DNA of 64,000 nucleotides from an uncultured Undibacter sp. (GTDB lineage Bacteria > Pseudomonadota > Alphaproteobacteria > Rhizobiales > Xanthobacteraceae). Position numbers and translations under genes: made by a program. Below, piece after piece: positions 49,594 to 59,223 of this stretch; within the stretch, counting starts at the first letter, position 1; each line of letters begins with the position of its first letter. The notes beneath the pieces are model-generated. The model saw only the letters and a program-made list of their open reading frames with translations. It was not told the DNA's origin and did not search any database. Location of the stretch: positions 3,037 through 67,036 of the forward strand of contig CAYJPU010000002.1 in NCBI GenBank assembly GCA_964372105.1. Reading direction: 5' to 3'.

Positions 49594-50352
49594 ATGGCGC
49601 CGCGGCTCGACATCATCGTTCCTGTCTATAATGAGGGGAATATCATTCTGGCGACGCTGACGGCGCTGCGCCGTCAGGTGACGACGCCGTCGCGCATCCT
49701 CATCTGCTACGACCGGCCGGACGACGACACGCTTTCGACCATCAAGGCCAATCCCGAGGCCGTCGAAGGGCTCGCCATCGAGTTCGTGCTGAACCGCTGG
49801 CGCGGCGTCCACGGCGCGGTGATGAGCGGCTTTGCCGCCAGTAGCGCGCCTTTCGTCCTGGTGTTTCCGGCCGACGACGACTTCAACGCCGGCATCATCG
49901 ACGCCATGGTGGCGCGGGGCGACCAGGGCGCGGAGATCGTCTGCGCCAGCCGTTTCATCCCCGGCGGCTGCATGGTCGGCTGCCGCTGGCTCAAGGCGTT
50001 TCTGGTGCGCGCCGCGGCTTTCACGCTCTATCACGTGGCGCGCCTGCCGACGCGCGACGCCACCAACGGCTTCCGGCTGTTCTCCCGCCGCGCGGTCGAC
50101 ACCATCGAGGTCGAATCCGACAGCGGCTTCTGCTACAGCCTTGAAATGCTGGCAAAAGCCCATCGGCTGGGATGGCCTGTCGCCGACGTGCCGGCGCAGT
50201 GGTTCGAGCGGACCCAGGGCGCCAGCCGCTTCCAGGTGCTAAAGTGGGTGCCGGCGTACTTGCGCTGGTACCTGTACGCCTTCGCGACCACTTTTCTGCG
50301 CCGCCCTGCCAGCAGCGTGAAGCAACGTCCGGTCTGGAAGCCCGCGCAATGA
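49594..50352 (+). CDS. Glycosyltransferase family 2 (DPM synthase-like)
   Basis: IIVPVYNE, PADD, ASRF..GG, DATNGFR, ERTQGAS. Confidence 0.88.
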   Translation: MAPRLDIIVPVYNEGNIILATLTALRRQVTTPSRILICYDRPDDDTLSTIKANPEAVEGLAIEFVLNRWRGVHGAVMSGFAASSAPFVLVFPADDDFNAGIIDAMVARGDQGAEIVCASRFIPGGCMVGCRWLKAFLVRAAAFTLYHVARLPTRDATNGFRLFSRRAVDTIEVESDSGFCYSLEMLAKAHRLGWPVADVPAQWFERTQGASRFQVLKWVPAYLRWYLYAFATTFLRRPASSVKQRPVWKPAQ

Positions 50353-52277
50353 CGAGTATGCAGAAGCTGACGCCGCGCCAGCAGCTGATCGTGCTGCACG
50401 ACGTCGTGGCGGCCGCCGCGGCGATCGTGCTGACCTTCGTCATGCGCTTCGAGGACAACGGCCTGTACGAGCGCATAAACGGTCTCGAGCTCTTGCTGCC
50501 GTTTTTTGTGGTGTATGCCGCGGCGGTGTTTTTCGTCGTCGGGCTGCACCGCAACAAGTGGCGCTTCACCTCCGTCCCCGACCTCTACAACATCTTCCGG
50601 GCCTCGACGGTTCTCGCGGTCTCGCTGCTCGCGCTCGACTACGTGCTGTTGGGGCCGTCGTTCTTCGGCACCTTCTTCTTCGGCAAGATCACCATTTTGC
50701 TGTACTGGTTCTTGCAGATGTTCTTGCTGGGCGGCGCGCGCGTCGCCTACCGCTACTTCCACTACGCGCGCACGCTCCAACGCGTGAAGGTCGCGGACGC
50801 CACGCCGACGCTGGTGGTCGGGCGCGCGGCGGATGCCGAGGTGCTGCTGCGCGCGATCGAGAGCGGCGCCGTCAAGAAGATCTGGCCGGTCGGCATCCTG
50901 TCGCCGTCGTCGGCGGACCGCGGCCAGGCGATCCGCGGCATTCCGGTGCTCGGCGACATCGACGACATGGAGCGCGTCGTCGCGGACCTCGAAGGCCGCG
51001 GCACCCGCGTGACGCGGCTGGTGCTGGCGCCTTCGGCGCTGGCGCCGGAGGCGCGGCCGGAAGCGATCCTGGTGCGCGCGCGCCGCCTGGGCCTGATCAT
51101 GAGCCAGTTGCCGTCGCTCGACGGCGCCGGCAACGCCGTGCAGCTCACGCCGGTCGCGGTCGAGGACCTGCTGCTGCGCCCGAGCGTGAAGATCGACTAC
51201 CGCCGGCTGGAGGATTTCGTCTCCGGCAAGACCGTCGTCGTCACCGGCGGCGGCGGCTCGATCGGCTCGGAAATCTGCCACCGCGTCGTCACCTTCGGCG
51301 CGGCGCGCCTGCTGGTGATCGAGAATTCCGAACCGGCGCTGCATGCCGTCCTGGAATCGCTGCGCAACGCCAATACGAATACTGGCACCAATACCAGCAC
51401 TTACGTCTCCGGCCGCATCGCCGACATCCGCGACCGCGACCGCGTGATGGGCTTGATCGCCGAGTTCAAGCCCGACATCGTCTTCCACGCCGCCGCGCTC
51501 AAGCACGTGCCGCTGCTCGAGCGGGACTGGGACGAGGGCATCAAGACGAACGTCTTCGGCTCGATGAACGTCGCCGATGCGGCGGCCGCGGCGGGCGCTT
51601 CCGCCATGGTGATGATCTCGACCGACAAGGCGATCGAGCCGGTTTCGGTGCTGGGCGCGACCAAACGGCTGGCGGAAATGTACTGCGAGGCGCTCGACCA
51701 CGAGCTCGCCGGCCGCGGCAACGGCAATCCGTCGACGCGCATGATCTCGGTGCGTTTCGGCAACGTGCTCGCGTCCAACGGCTCGGTGGTGCCGAAATTC
51801 AAAGCGCAGATCGAGACCGGCGGGCCCGTCACCGTCACGCACCCGGACATGGTGCGCTACTTCATGACCATCCGCGAAGCCTGCGACCTGGTCGTGACCG
51901 CCGCGACCCACGCGCTGCGCGCCGAGACGCGCGACGTTTCAGTCTACGTCCTCAACATGGGCCAGCCGGTGAAAATCGTCGATCTGGCCGAGCGCATCAT
52001 CCGCCTGAGCGGGCTCGAGCCCGGCCGCGACATCCAGATCACCTTCACCGGCGTTCGTCCCGGTGAGCGTCTGCACGAAATCCTGTTCGCGCGCGACGAG
52101 GAAACCGCCGACATCGGCATCCCCGGCATCGTCGCCGCCAAGCCGCTGCAGCTGCCGATCGAAACGATCCGTACTTTGTTCGCGTCGCTGGAGCAGGGGC
52201 TCGCGCGCAACGAACACGCGGCGATCTACAATCTGTTGCGCGAGGCGGTGCCTGAATTCCGCGGCGAAGCGGCCTGA
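50349..52277 (+). CDS. Membrane-bound nucleoside-diphosphate-sugar 4,6-dehydratase (CapD/PglF family)
   Basis: ATG 50349; four N-terminal TMs; GGGGSIGSE, HAAALKHVP, STDKA, GATKR, RFGNVL, RYFMTI.EA, RPGE.LHE. Confidence 0.92.
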   Translation: MTSMQKLTPRQQLIVLHDVVAAAAAIVLTFVMRFEDNGLYERINGLELLLPFFVVYAAAVFFVVGLHRNKWRFTSVPDLYNIFRASTVLAVSLLALDYVLLGPSFFGTFFFGKITILLYWFLQMFLLGGARVAYRYFHYARTLQRVKVADATPTLVVGRAADAEVLLRAIESGAVKKIWPVGILSPSSADRGQAIRGIPVLGDIDDMERVVADLEGRGTRVTRLVLAPSALAPEARPEAILVRARRLGLIMSQLPSLDGAGNAVQLTPVAVEDLLLRPSVKIDYRRLEDFVSGKTVVVTGGGGSIGSEICHRVVTFGAARLLVIENSEPALHAVLESLRNANTNTGTNTSTYVSGRIADIRDRDRVMGLIAEFKPDIVFHAAALKHVPLLERDWDEGIKTNVFGSMNVADAAAAAGASAMVMISTDKAIEPVSVLGATKRLAEMYCEALDHELAGRGNGNPSTRMISVRFGNVLASNGSVVPKFKAQIETGGPVTVTHPDMVRYFMTIREACDLVVTAATHALRAETRDVSVYVLNMGQPVKIVDLAERIIRLSGLEPGRDIQITFTGVRPGERLHEILFARDEETADIGIPGIVAAKPLQLPIETIRTLFASLEQGLARNEHAAIYNLLREAVPEFRGEAA

Positions 52278-52282
52278 GGAGA

Positions 52283-52873
52283 ATGACTGTGGATCTGACG
52301 GCATTCTGGAACGCCGAGTTCGCCGAACACCATGAGGTGGCGCGCCGCACCGAGGCCGCGCTCGGCGCCGCCTTCGCCAAGCTGCTCGGCGCCTGCGTCA
52401 CGTCGGTCCGCAACGGCGGCAAGCTGATGCTGTTCGGCAATGGCGGCAGCGCCGCCGATTCCCAGCATCTCGCGACCGAGCTCACCGTCCGTTACAAGCG
52501 CGACCGCGCCGCCATCGCCGCTATCGCGTTGACCACGGACACCTCCGCACTCACGGCGGGCGGCAACGATCTCGGCTTCGACCAGATTTTCGCCCGCCAG
52601 ATCGAGGCGCTCGGCCGGCGGGGCGATGTTGCGCTGGCCATTTCGACCTCGGGCAAGAGCCCGAATATCCTGGCCGCGCTGAAGCGCGCGAAGGACATGG
52701 GGATCGTCACCGCCGCGCTGAGCGGGAAGGGCGGCGGCGATCTCGCCGGCCTCGCCGATCATCTTCTGGTCGTGCCGTCCGACACCACGGCGCGCATCCA
52801 GGAAATGCACATCACCCTCGGCCAGATGCTCTGTGGCGCGCTGGAGATCGAATTGGGGCTGGTCGACCCTTGA
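52283..52873 (+). CDS. gmhA: Phosphoheptose isomerase (SIS domain)
   Basis: GNGGSAADSQH, GNDLGF..IFARQ, STSGKSPN, RIQEMH. Confidence 0.92.
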   Translation: MTVDLTAFWNAEFAEHHEVARRTEAALGAAFAKLLGACVTSVRNGGKLMLFGNGGSAADSQHLATELTVRYKRDRAAIAAIALTTDTSALTAGGNDLGFDQIFARQIEALGRRGDVALAISTSGKSPNILAALKRAKDMGIVTAALSGKGGGDLAGLADHLLVVPSDTTARIQEMHITLGQMLCGALEIELGLVDP

Positions 52874-52929
52874 AGGGCCTCCGCGCGCAATGATCGCGCA
52901 ATAGACCATTTTCGAGACAAAACGCTGCC

Positions 52930-52960
52930 GAAAGCCCGCCTTCGCGCGGGCTTTCTTTTT
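52930..52960 (+). terminator. Rho-independent terminator
   Basis: GAAAGCCCGC-cttcgc-GCGGGCTTTC followed by TTTTT, after gmhA. Confidence 0.85.
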
Positions 52961-52965
52961 GATTA

Positions 52966-53001
52966 TTTCACAGTAAGAAAATCACGTTTTTCATACTGAA
53001 A
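52966..53001. promoter_or_regulatory. Candidate IclR operator palindromes
   Basis: TTTC-acagtaa-GAAA (from 52966) and TTTCA-tac-TGAAA (52989-53001) in AT-rich DNA upstream of the IclR gene. Confidence 0.4.
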
Positions 53002-53057
53002 TGTTCTTGACTCCCAGTCGCCAAGCCATTTCCCTTGGGGCAGGGAGAAAACAAACA

Positions 53058-53918
53058 ATGGACGCCACCATCCTGCCCGGCCCGGGGGCCAAGGCTCGGC
53101 CGCCACGCGCCCGCACCGAAGGCGAACGCCACAGCATCCAGTCGGTCGACCGGGCGCTGTTCCTGCTTGAAACCATCGCGGAGGCCGGCGGCGAGACCAC
53201 GCTGACCGACCTCGCCACCCGCACCGGCCTCAACATCTCGACCTGCCATCACCTGCTCGCCACGTTGATCCAGCGCGGCTTCGTGACGAAGGTGGCGGGG
53301 CGGCGGCTGTACGCGCTGGGCGCCCGAATCCTGTACCTCGGTCATGCCTGCCTGCAGGTCGACCTGCCGCGCCGCGCCCAGGCCTACATGGAAGCCGTGA
53401 ACCGCGCGACCGGCGAGACCGTGCATCTGGCCGCGCTCCAGGGCGATGCCGTCGTCACAATGGCGGTGCGCGAAGCGCGCCACGCCGTGCGCGTCGACTC
53501 CGGCAAGGTCGGCAAGATGGAGGCGCCGCACGCGACCGCCGTCGGCAAGGCGATCCTCGCCTGGTTACCCGAGGACGAGATGCGCCGCATCCTCGCCCAC
53601 GGCATGAAGCGCTACACCGAGCACACCATCACCGAATTCCCGGTGTTGCTGGAATCGCTGCGCCACGTGCGCCGCAACGGCTATGCCGAGGACCGCGAGG
53701 AATTCCTGCCGGGCGTCATCTGCGTCGGCGCTGCCATCCGCGACCAGGCCGGCACCGTGATCGGCAGCATCAGCGCCTCGACCCCGATGATGCGCGCCAC
53801 CGAAGACCACATCGCCATGATGCGCGACGAAATCACGGCGGCGACGCGCGCGTTGTCCGCCGAGTTCGGCGCACCCACCCAGCCCAACACCGACCGCCAG
53901 CAAGCCGTCACCAATTGA
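53058..53918 (+). CDS. IclR family transcriptional regulator
   Basis: IQSVDRALFLLE HTH, GETVHL, HATAVGKA, RRNGYA.D.EE...GV.C. Start chosen at ATG 53058 after GGGAG. Confidence 0.93.
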   Translation: MDATILPGPGAKARPPRARTEGERHSIQSVDRALFLLETIAEAGGETTLTDLATRTGLNISTCHHLLATLIQRGFVTKVAGRRLYALGARILYLGHACLQVDLPRRAQAYMEAVNRATGETVHLAALQGDAVVTMAVREARHAVRVDSGKVGKMEAPHATAVGKAILAWLPEDEMRRILAHGMKRYTEHTITEFPVLLESLRHVRRNGYAEDREEFLPGVICVGAAIRDQAGTVIGSISASTPMMRATEDHIAMMRDEITAATRALSAEFGAPTQPNTDRQQAVTN

Positions 53919-53958
53919 TCGCCGGGGTTTAACCCGCGATCCCCCATCCGGAGGAAAC

Positions 53959-55128
53959 ATGTACGCACCGACTGGCGTAAAGACCAACCACAACGAATTC
54001 CCTGTCCCCGAGAGCCAGCGCGCCTGGGTGCTGGGCGAGCCGGGCCAGCTCGTGTTCAAGGAGAAGCCGGTGCCGGTGCCGAAAAAGGCCGAGGTGCTGG
54101 TGCGCATCGATGCGGTCGCGATCTGCGCCACCGATCTCGAGATCATCTATCACGGCCCGCCGGCTTCGATCCAAGGCGGCCTGCCGTTCAACAAGGACTT
54201 CACGCCCGGCCATGAATATATGGGCACGGTGGTCGCGCTCGGGCCCGGCGTCGACGAATACCAGATCGGCACGCGCGTCGCGGTCGAGATCCACGCCGGC
54301 TGCGGCCAGTGCAAGCGTTGCCGCGAGGGCATGTACACCTCGTGCCACAACTACGGCCTCAATTACGGCGACGTCGACAAGGGCCATCGCGCCAACGGCT
54401 TCACCACCGACGGCGGCTTCTGCGAATACCAGGTCAACCACGTCAACACGCTGGTCGCGATCCCGGACGAGATGACCGACGAGGAAGGCACGCTCGTCGT
54501 CACCGCCGGCACCGCGATGTATGCGCTGACCGAACTCGGTGGCCTGGTGGCCGGCGAAAGCGTCTGCGTCACTGGTCCGGGCCCGATCGGCCTGATGGTG
54601 GTGGCGGTCGCCAAGGCGCTCGGCGCCCAGCCGGTGATCCTCACCGGCACGCGCGACAACCGCCTCGATATCGGCAAGCGGTTGGGCGCCGACGCGGTCG
54701 TCAACATCCGCAAGACGCCGGACGTGGTGGCGGAAGTCAAGAAGCTCAACGGCGGCAAGGGCGTCGACTACGTGGTCGAATGCTCGGCGGCGACCAGCGC
54801 CGTCAACGACGCCGTGCGCATGGTCAACCGCGGCGGCCGTGTCTGCCTCGCGGCCTTCGCCCATGAGGAAGTGCCGGTCGATGTCGCGCACATCGTGCGC
54901 AACAACATCTACATGTACGGTATCCGCGGCGAGGGTAAGAGCGCGACGCACCGCGCCGAGGCCTTCATGAAGCAGAAGCGCTTCGACGCCACGCTGATCC
55001 ACACCCACACCTTCCCGCTCGACGACCTGCCGACCGCGATCCGCTACGCCAAGGACCGCGTCGAGGACGCCATCAAGGTGGTGGTGAAGGCGAAGTCGGA
55101 CGCTGTGCAGGAAGCGGCGGCGGAGTAG
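53959..55128 (+). CDS. Zinc-dependent alcohol dehydrogenase (MDR family)
   Basis: ICATD, GHE, CGQCKRC...C, GPGPIG; GGAGG RBS. Confidence 0.93.
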   Translation: MYAPTGVKTNHNEFPVPESQRAWVLGEPGQLVFKEKPVPVPKKAEVLVRIDAVAICATDLEIIYHGPPASIQGGLPFNKDFTPGHEYMGTVVALGPGVDEYQIGTRVAVEIHAGCGQCKRCREGMYTSCHNYGLNYGDVDKGHRANGFTTDGGFCEYQVNHVNTLVAIPDEMTDEEGTLVVTAGTAMYALTELGGLVAGESVCVTGPGPIGLMVVAVAKALGAQPVILTGTRDNRLDIGKRLGADAVVNIRKTPDVVAEVKKLNGGKGVDYVVECSAATSAVNDAVRMVNRGGRVCLAAFAHEEVPVDVAHIVRNNIYMYGIRGEGKSATHRAEAFMKQKRFDATLIHTHTFPLDDLPTAIRYAKDRVEDAIKVVVKAKSDAVQEAAAE

Positions 55129-55137
55129 CTGCTTGCT

Positions 55138-55265
55138 TATCCCTCCCCCGCATGCGGGGGAGGGTGGTCGCCGCAGGCGACCGGGTGGGGGCGCTTGAGA
55201 GATTAACCCCACCCGTCCGCTCGCTATGGCTCGCGTCCACCCTCCCCGAAGACGGGGAGGGATGA
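55138..55265. repeat. Intergenic palindromic repeat (CCCTCCCC/GGGGAGGG family)
   Basis: ccctccccc-gcatgc-gggggaggg ... ccctcccc-gaagac-ggggaggg with internal hairpins. Confidence 0.85.
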
Positions 55266-55276
55266 AGAGGGCATCC

Positions 55277-56185
55277 ATGCTCATCTGCGACGAATACATC
55301 ACGCCTGCCTCGCTCGCCGACGTCTTCGCGGCGATGGCGCGGCATCGCGGGCGTTATCGTATCGTCGCCGGCTGCACCGACACGCTGCCGTGGGCGCGCG
55401 AGGGCCGCGCCGGCGACGTCGCGATCCCGGTGCTGATCGACGTCTCGAAGATTCCCGAATTGAACGAACGCCGCGTCGACGACCGGCGCGTGCGCCTCGG
55501 CGCCGCGACCCCGGTGCAGCGTTTCCTCGACGACGCGTCGCTGGCGCGCACGATGCCGGAGATGCCGCGCTGCGCGGTGTGGTTCGCCGACGACCAGATC
55601 CGCGCGCAGGCCACCATCGGCGGCAACATCGTCAATGCCTCGCCGGCCGCCGACGTGACGCCGTGCCTGGCCGCGCACGAGGCCACGCTCGAACTGGTCT
55701 CAGCCGCCGGCAAGCGCACCATGGCGCTGCGCGATTTCCTGCTCGGCCCCGGTAAGACCGCCTTGCAGGACGGCGAATTGCTCACCGCGGTCGAATGCGA
55801 TGCGCTGCCCGGCTACGGCGGCAGCTTCGAGAAGGTCGGTCACCGCCGCTCGCTGGTCATCTCCACCGTCTGCCTCGCCGTGCTGGTCAAGCTCGATGCC
55901 GCCGGCCGGACGTTCGACGACGTGCGGTTGGCGATTGCCGGCGTCGGTCCCGTTCCGCGCCGTCTGCGCGAGATCGAGGACTTCCTGCGCGGCGGCGCGC
56001 TGTCGGCCGAACGGCTCGAACAGGCCGCCGACCTGCCGCTCGATCTGGTGCAGTCGCGCACGCGCCAGGAATACCGGCGCGACGTTACGCGCGGCTTCCT
56101 GGTGCGCGGGCTGATCAACGCCGCCAAGCGTGCCGGCGCCGATCCCGCCGCGCTGCCGCACGCTCTGGAGGCCGCCTATGTCTGA
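55277..56185 (+). CDS. Xanthine dehydrogenase family FAD-binding subunit
   Basis: AGCTD, QIRAQATIGGNIVNASPAAD, FEKVG.R. Confidence 0.92.
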   Translation: MLICDEYITPASLADVFAAMARHRGRYRIVAGCTDTLPWAREGRAGDVAIPVLIDVSKIPELNERRVDDRRVRLGAATPVQRFLDDASLARTMPEMPRCAVWFADDQIRAQATIGGNIVNASPAADVTPCLAAHEATLELVSAAGKRTMALRDFLLGPGKTALQDGELLTAVECDALPGYGGSFEKVGHRRSLVISTVCLAVLVKLDAAGRTFDDVRLAIAGVGPVPRRLREIEDFLRGGALSAERLEQAADLPLDLVQSRTRQEYRRDVTRGFLVRGLINAAKRAGADPAALPHALEAAYV

Positions 56186-58046
56186 GTTCACGGCGACCAT
56201 CAACGGCCGCAAGGTGTCGCGCACCGCGCAGCCGAGCCAGCGCCTGCTGGACTTCCTGCGCGACGACCTCAACCTCACCGGCAACAAGGAAGGCTGCGGC
56301 GCCGGCGAATGCGGCACCTGCTCGGTGTTCGTCGACGGCGTGCTGATGAAGTCGTGCCTGCTGCCGGTGGCGAAGGCCAACGGCACCGAGATCGTCACCG
56401 TCGAGGGCCTGGCGCGCAGCGGCGAGTTGAGCGTGCTGCAAAAGGCCTTCCACAAGGCCGGCGCCAGCCAGTGCGGCTACTGCATCCCCGGCATGGTGAT
56501 GGCGGCGACCGCGGCGCTGCGCGCCAATCCGTTCGCCGACCGCGAAGAGATCAAGGAACGGCTCGGCGGCAACATCTGCCGCTGCACCGGCTACCAGAAG
56601 ATTTTCGACGCCGTCGAGCTGGCGCGCGACGTGCAGAACGGCCGCCTGCCGGCTTCCTCGTTGCTAGAGGAAGAGCACAGCGCCGGCGACTTCATTGGCA
56701 AGAACGTGCGCCGCGTCGACACCCCGAGCAAGGTGTCCGGCAGGCTGAAATACGCCGGCGACATGACGATGCCGGGCATGCTGCATGTGCAGGTGCTGCG
56801 CTCGCCGCACCCGCACGCCCGCATCGTGTCGATCGACACTTCCGCCGCCGAGGCCATGGCAGGTGTCGAAGGCGTCATCACTTGCGCCGACGTGCCGGGC
56901 GAGGACGGCTTCGGCGTGTTCGTCAACGACCAGCCGGTCATGGCGCGCGGCAAGGTGCGCTATGTCGGCGAGGCGGTCGCGGCGGTCGCGGCCGAGGACC
57001 TCGTCACCGCGCGGCGCGCGCTCGCCGCCATCAAGGTGGTGTACGAGCCGCTGCCGGCGGTGTTCGACGTGTACGAGGCCATGCGCGCGGATGCGCCGGT
57101 GGTGCACGATTACGCGCCCGACAACGTCACCAAGCACATCCCGATCCGCGTCGGCGACGTCGAGGCCGGCTTTGCCGCCGCCGACCTGGTGATCGACGAG
57201 ACTTTTTCGACGCAAGCCATCGAGCACGCTTACCTGGAGCCGGAAGCGGGGCTGGCCTATGTCGATCACGACGGCGTCGTGACGGTGGTCTCGCCGAGCC
57301 AGAACATCACCCATCACCGCCACATGCTGGCGCGCATCATTGCCAAGCCGATCTCCAAGGTGCGCTTCATCATGAGCCCGGTGGGCGGCGGCTTCGGCGG
57401 CAAAGAGGACATGATCTACCAGGGCATGCTGGCGCTGCTGGCGATGAAGACCGACCGGCCGGTGCGGCTGGTGTTCACGCGCGAGGAGTCCATCGCCTCG
57501 ACCGCCAAGCGCCATCCGTCGCGCACCACGTTGCGCATGGGTTTTGCGCGCGACGGGCGTATTCTCGCGTCGCACATGACGATGATCTGCGACGGCGGCG
57601 CCTACGGCCTGTCGACCGAAGGCGTCATGCGCAAGGCGGCGATCCTGGGGGCGGGGCCTTACGTTATCCCGAACGTGCGCGTCGACACCTACGGCATCTA
57701 CACCAACAACACGCCGTCGGGCGCCTTCCGCTCCTTCGGCGCGTTGCAGACCCAGTTCGCCACCGAGAGCACGCTCGACATGGCGGCCGAACGGTTGGGC
57801 CTCGACCCGTTCGAGATCCGGCGGCTCAACGCCATGCGCAACGGCGGCGTCACCCACACCAAGCAGAAGCTCGGCAGCGTCAGCCTGACCCGCGCGCTCG
57901 ACGCGCTGGAAAAGGCGAGCGGCTGGCAAGCGGGCGCGCCGGCGTCGCGCGGCGCCACGCGCGCGGATCTCGATCGCGACGTGCGGCCGCCGGTCGCGCT
58001 CGGCGCTCGCTTTGCCACGGTTGAGAAGCGGGAGGCGGCGGAGTGA
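56178..58046 (+). CDS. Xanthine dehydrogenase family: fused (2Fe-2S) subunit plus N-terminal molybdopterin-binding part
   Basis: GCGAGECGTC, QCGYCIPG, NICRCTGY, RSPHPHA, EHAYLEPE, VGGGFGGK, GAFRSFG. Confidence 0.93.
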   Translation: MSEFTATINGRKVSRTAQPSQRLLDFLRDDLNLTGNKEGCGAGECGTCSVFVDGVLMKSCLLPVAKANGTEIVTVEGLARSGELSVLQKAFHKAGASQCGYCIPGMVMAATAALRANPFADREEIKERLGGNICRCTGYQKIFDAVELARDVQNGRLPASSLLEEEHSAGDFIGKNVRRVDTPSKVSGRLKYAGDMTMPGMLHVQVLRSPHPHARIVSIDTSAAEAMAGVEGVITCADVPGEDGFGVFVNDQPVMARGKVRYVGEAVAAVAAEDLVTARRALAAIKVVYEPLPAVFDVYEAMRADAPVVHDYAPDNVTKHIPIRVGDVEAGFAAADLVIDETFSTQAIEHAYLEPEAGLAYVDHDGVVTVVSPSQNITHHRHMLARIIAKPISKVRFIMSPVGGGFGGKEDMIYQGMLALLAMKTDRPVRLVFTREESIASTAKRHPSRTTLRMGFARDGRILASHMTMICDGGAYGLSTEGVMRKAAILGAGPYVIPNVRVDTYGIYTNNTPSGAFRSFGALQTQFATESTLDMAAERLGLDPFEIRRLNAMRNGGVTHTKQKLGSVSLTRALDALEKASGWQAGAPASRGATRADLDRDVRPPVALGARFATVEKREAAE

Positions 58047-58071
58047 GGATGAACCGTGCATTCACATTCAT

Positions 58072-58176
58072 CGTCATTCCGGGACGCCACGAGGTGGCGG
58101 GCCCGGAATCCATACTCCGCAACGCTGCGGGTTATGGATTCCGGGTTCGCTCGCTGCGCTCGCGCCCCGGAATGAC
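58072..58176. repeat. REP-like palindromic repeat (GTCATTCCGGG...CCCGGAATGAC)
   Basis: Terminal inverted repeats plus internal CCCGGAATCCA/TGGATTCCGGG arms; same family as 63195 and 63792. Confidence 0.9.
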
Positions 58177-58187
58177 AGGAGTGAATC

Positions 58188-59216
58188 ATGGCCCGTAAAC
58201 GCGGACGAGGCATGGCGGCCTGCTGGTACGGCATCGCGCGCACCGCGACGGTCGATCGCGCCGCCGCCTGGGCCGAGATCGACGACGGCGGCTCGGCCAA
58301 GATCGTCACCGGCGTCACCGAGATCGGCGAGGGCATCCTCACCGTGCTGGCGCAGATCGCGGCGCAGGAAATGGGTGTCAAGCCGGAGCACGTCGTCATC
58401 GGCGACAACGACACCGCGCGCAGCCCCGAAGCCGCGCACGCCGGCGCCACGCGGCAGACCTATATGATCGGTAACGTCGTTGCGCTCGCCTCGCGCGAGG
58501 CGAAGAAGAAGCTGGTCGATGTCATGGCCGATGTCTGGGATGTCGAAGCCGACACCATCCGCACCGGTAATGGCGAGATCTGGGCCGAGGCCACCAATCA
58601 CCGCATCACGATGGGCGAGGCGGTGCACTGCGCCAAGGGCAAGGGCGTGGTGCCGGTCGGCTCCGCCACCTTCGGCACCGACACCACCGGGCTCGCACCT
58701 GACGATGGCGCCGGCCGCCCGTGGCAGGCTTACGTGTTCGGCGCGCAGGTCGCCGAGGTCGAGGTCGACACCGTCACCGGCGAAGTGCAGGTGCTCGGCG
58801 TCTGGGCGGCGCATGACGTCGGCCGCGCGGTCAACCCGCAGGGCGTCGAAGGTCAGATCGAAGGCGGCGTCGTGCAGGCGCTCGGCCAGGGTCTGATGGA
58901 AGACTACCAGCTCGAGCGCGGCCATACGACGACGCCCGGTTTCGCCAAATACATTTTGCCGACCTCGCTCGACGTGCCGCGGGTCCACTCGATCATCATC
59001 GAGGACCCGGACCCGCTCGGCCCGCTCGGCGTCAAAGGCATCGGCGAGCCGGCCATGGTGCCGACCATTCCCGCCATCATGAACGCGATCTACGACGCCG
59101 TCGGCGTGCGCGTCACCGCGCTGCCGGCGACGCCGGAAAAGGTGCTGATGGCGATCCGCGACAAGGAACGACATGACGCCGCGATGGCGCAAATAACGTC
59201 AGAAACCGCCGAGTGA
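58188..59216 (+). CDS. Xanthine dehydrogenase family molybdopterin-binding subunit (C-terminal part)
   Basis: RGRGMA, EIGEG, ATRQT, EVEVD..TG, DVGRAVNP..VEGQIEGG, KGIGE; own GGAG RBS. Confidence 0.92.
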   Translation: MARKRGRGMAACWYGIARTATVDRAAAWAEIDDGGSAKIVTGVTEIGEGILTVLAQIAAQEMGVKPEHVVIGDNDTARSPEAAHAGATRQTYMIGNVVALASREAKKKLVDVMADVWDVEADTIRTGNGEIWAEATNHRITMGEAVHCAKGKGVVPVGSATFGTDTTGLAPDDGAGRPWQAYVFGAQVAEVEVDTVTGEVQVLGVWAAHDVGRAVNPQGVEGQIEGGVVQALGQGLMEDYQLERGHTTTPGFAKYILPTSLDVPRVHSIIIEDPDPLGPLGVKGIGEPAMVPTIPAIMNAIYDAVGVRVTALPATPEKVLMAIRDKERHDAAMAQITSETAE

Positions 59217-59223
59217 GTGAGAG

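Noticed and set aside
58046-58188. Mo subunit as a pseudogene broken by the REP
   Set aside because: The downstream part has its own RBS and a typical RGRG start, and naturally split Mo subunits are known in this family.
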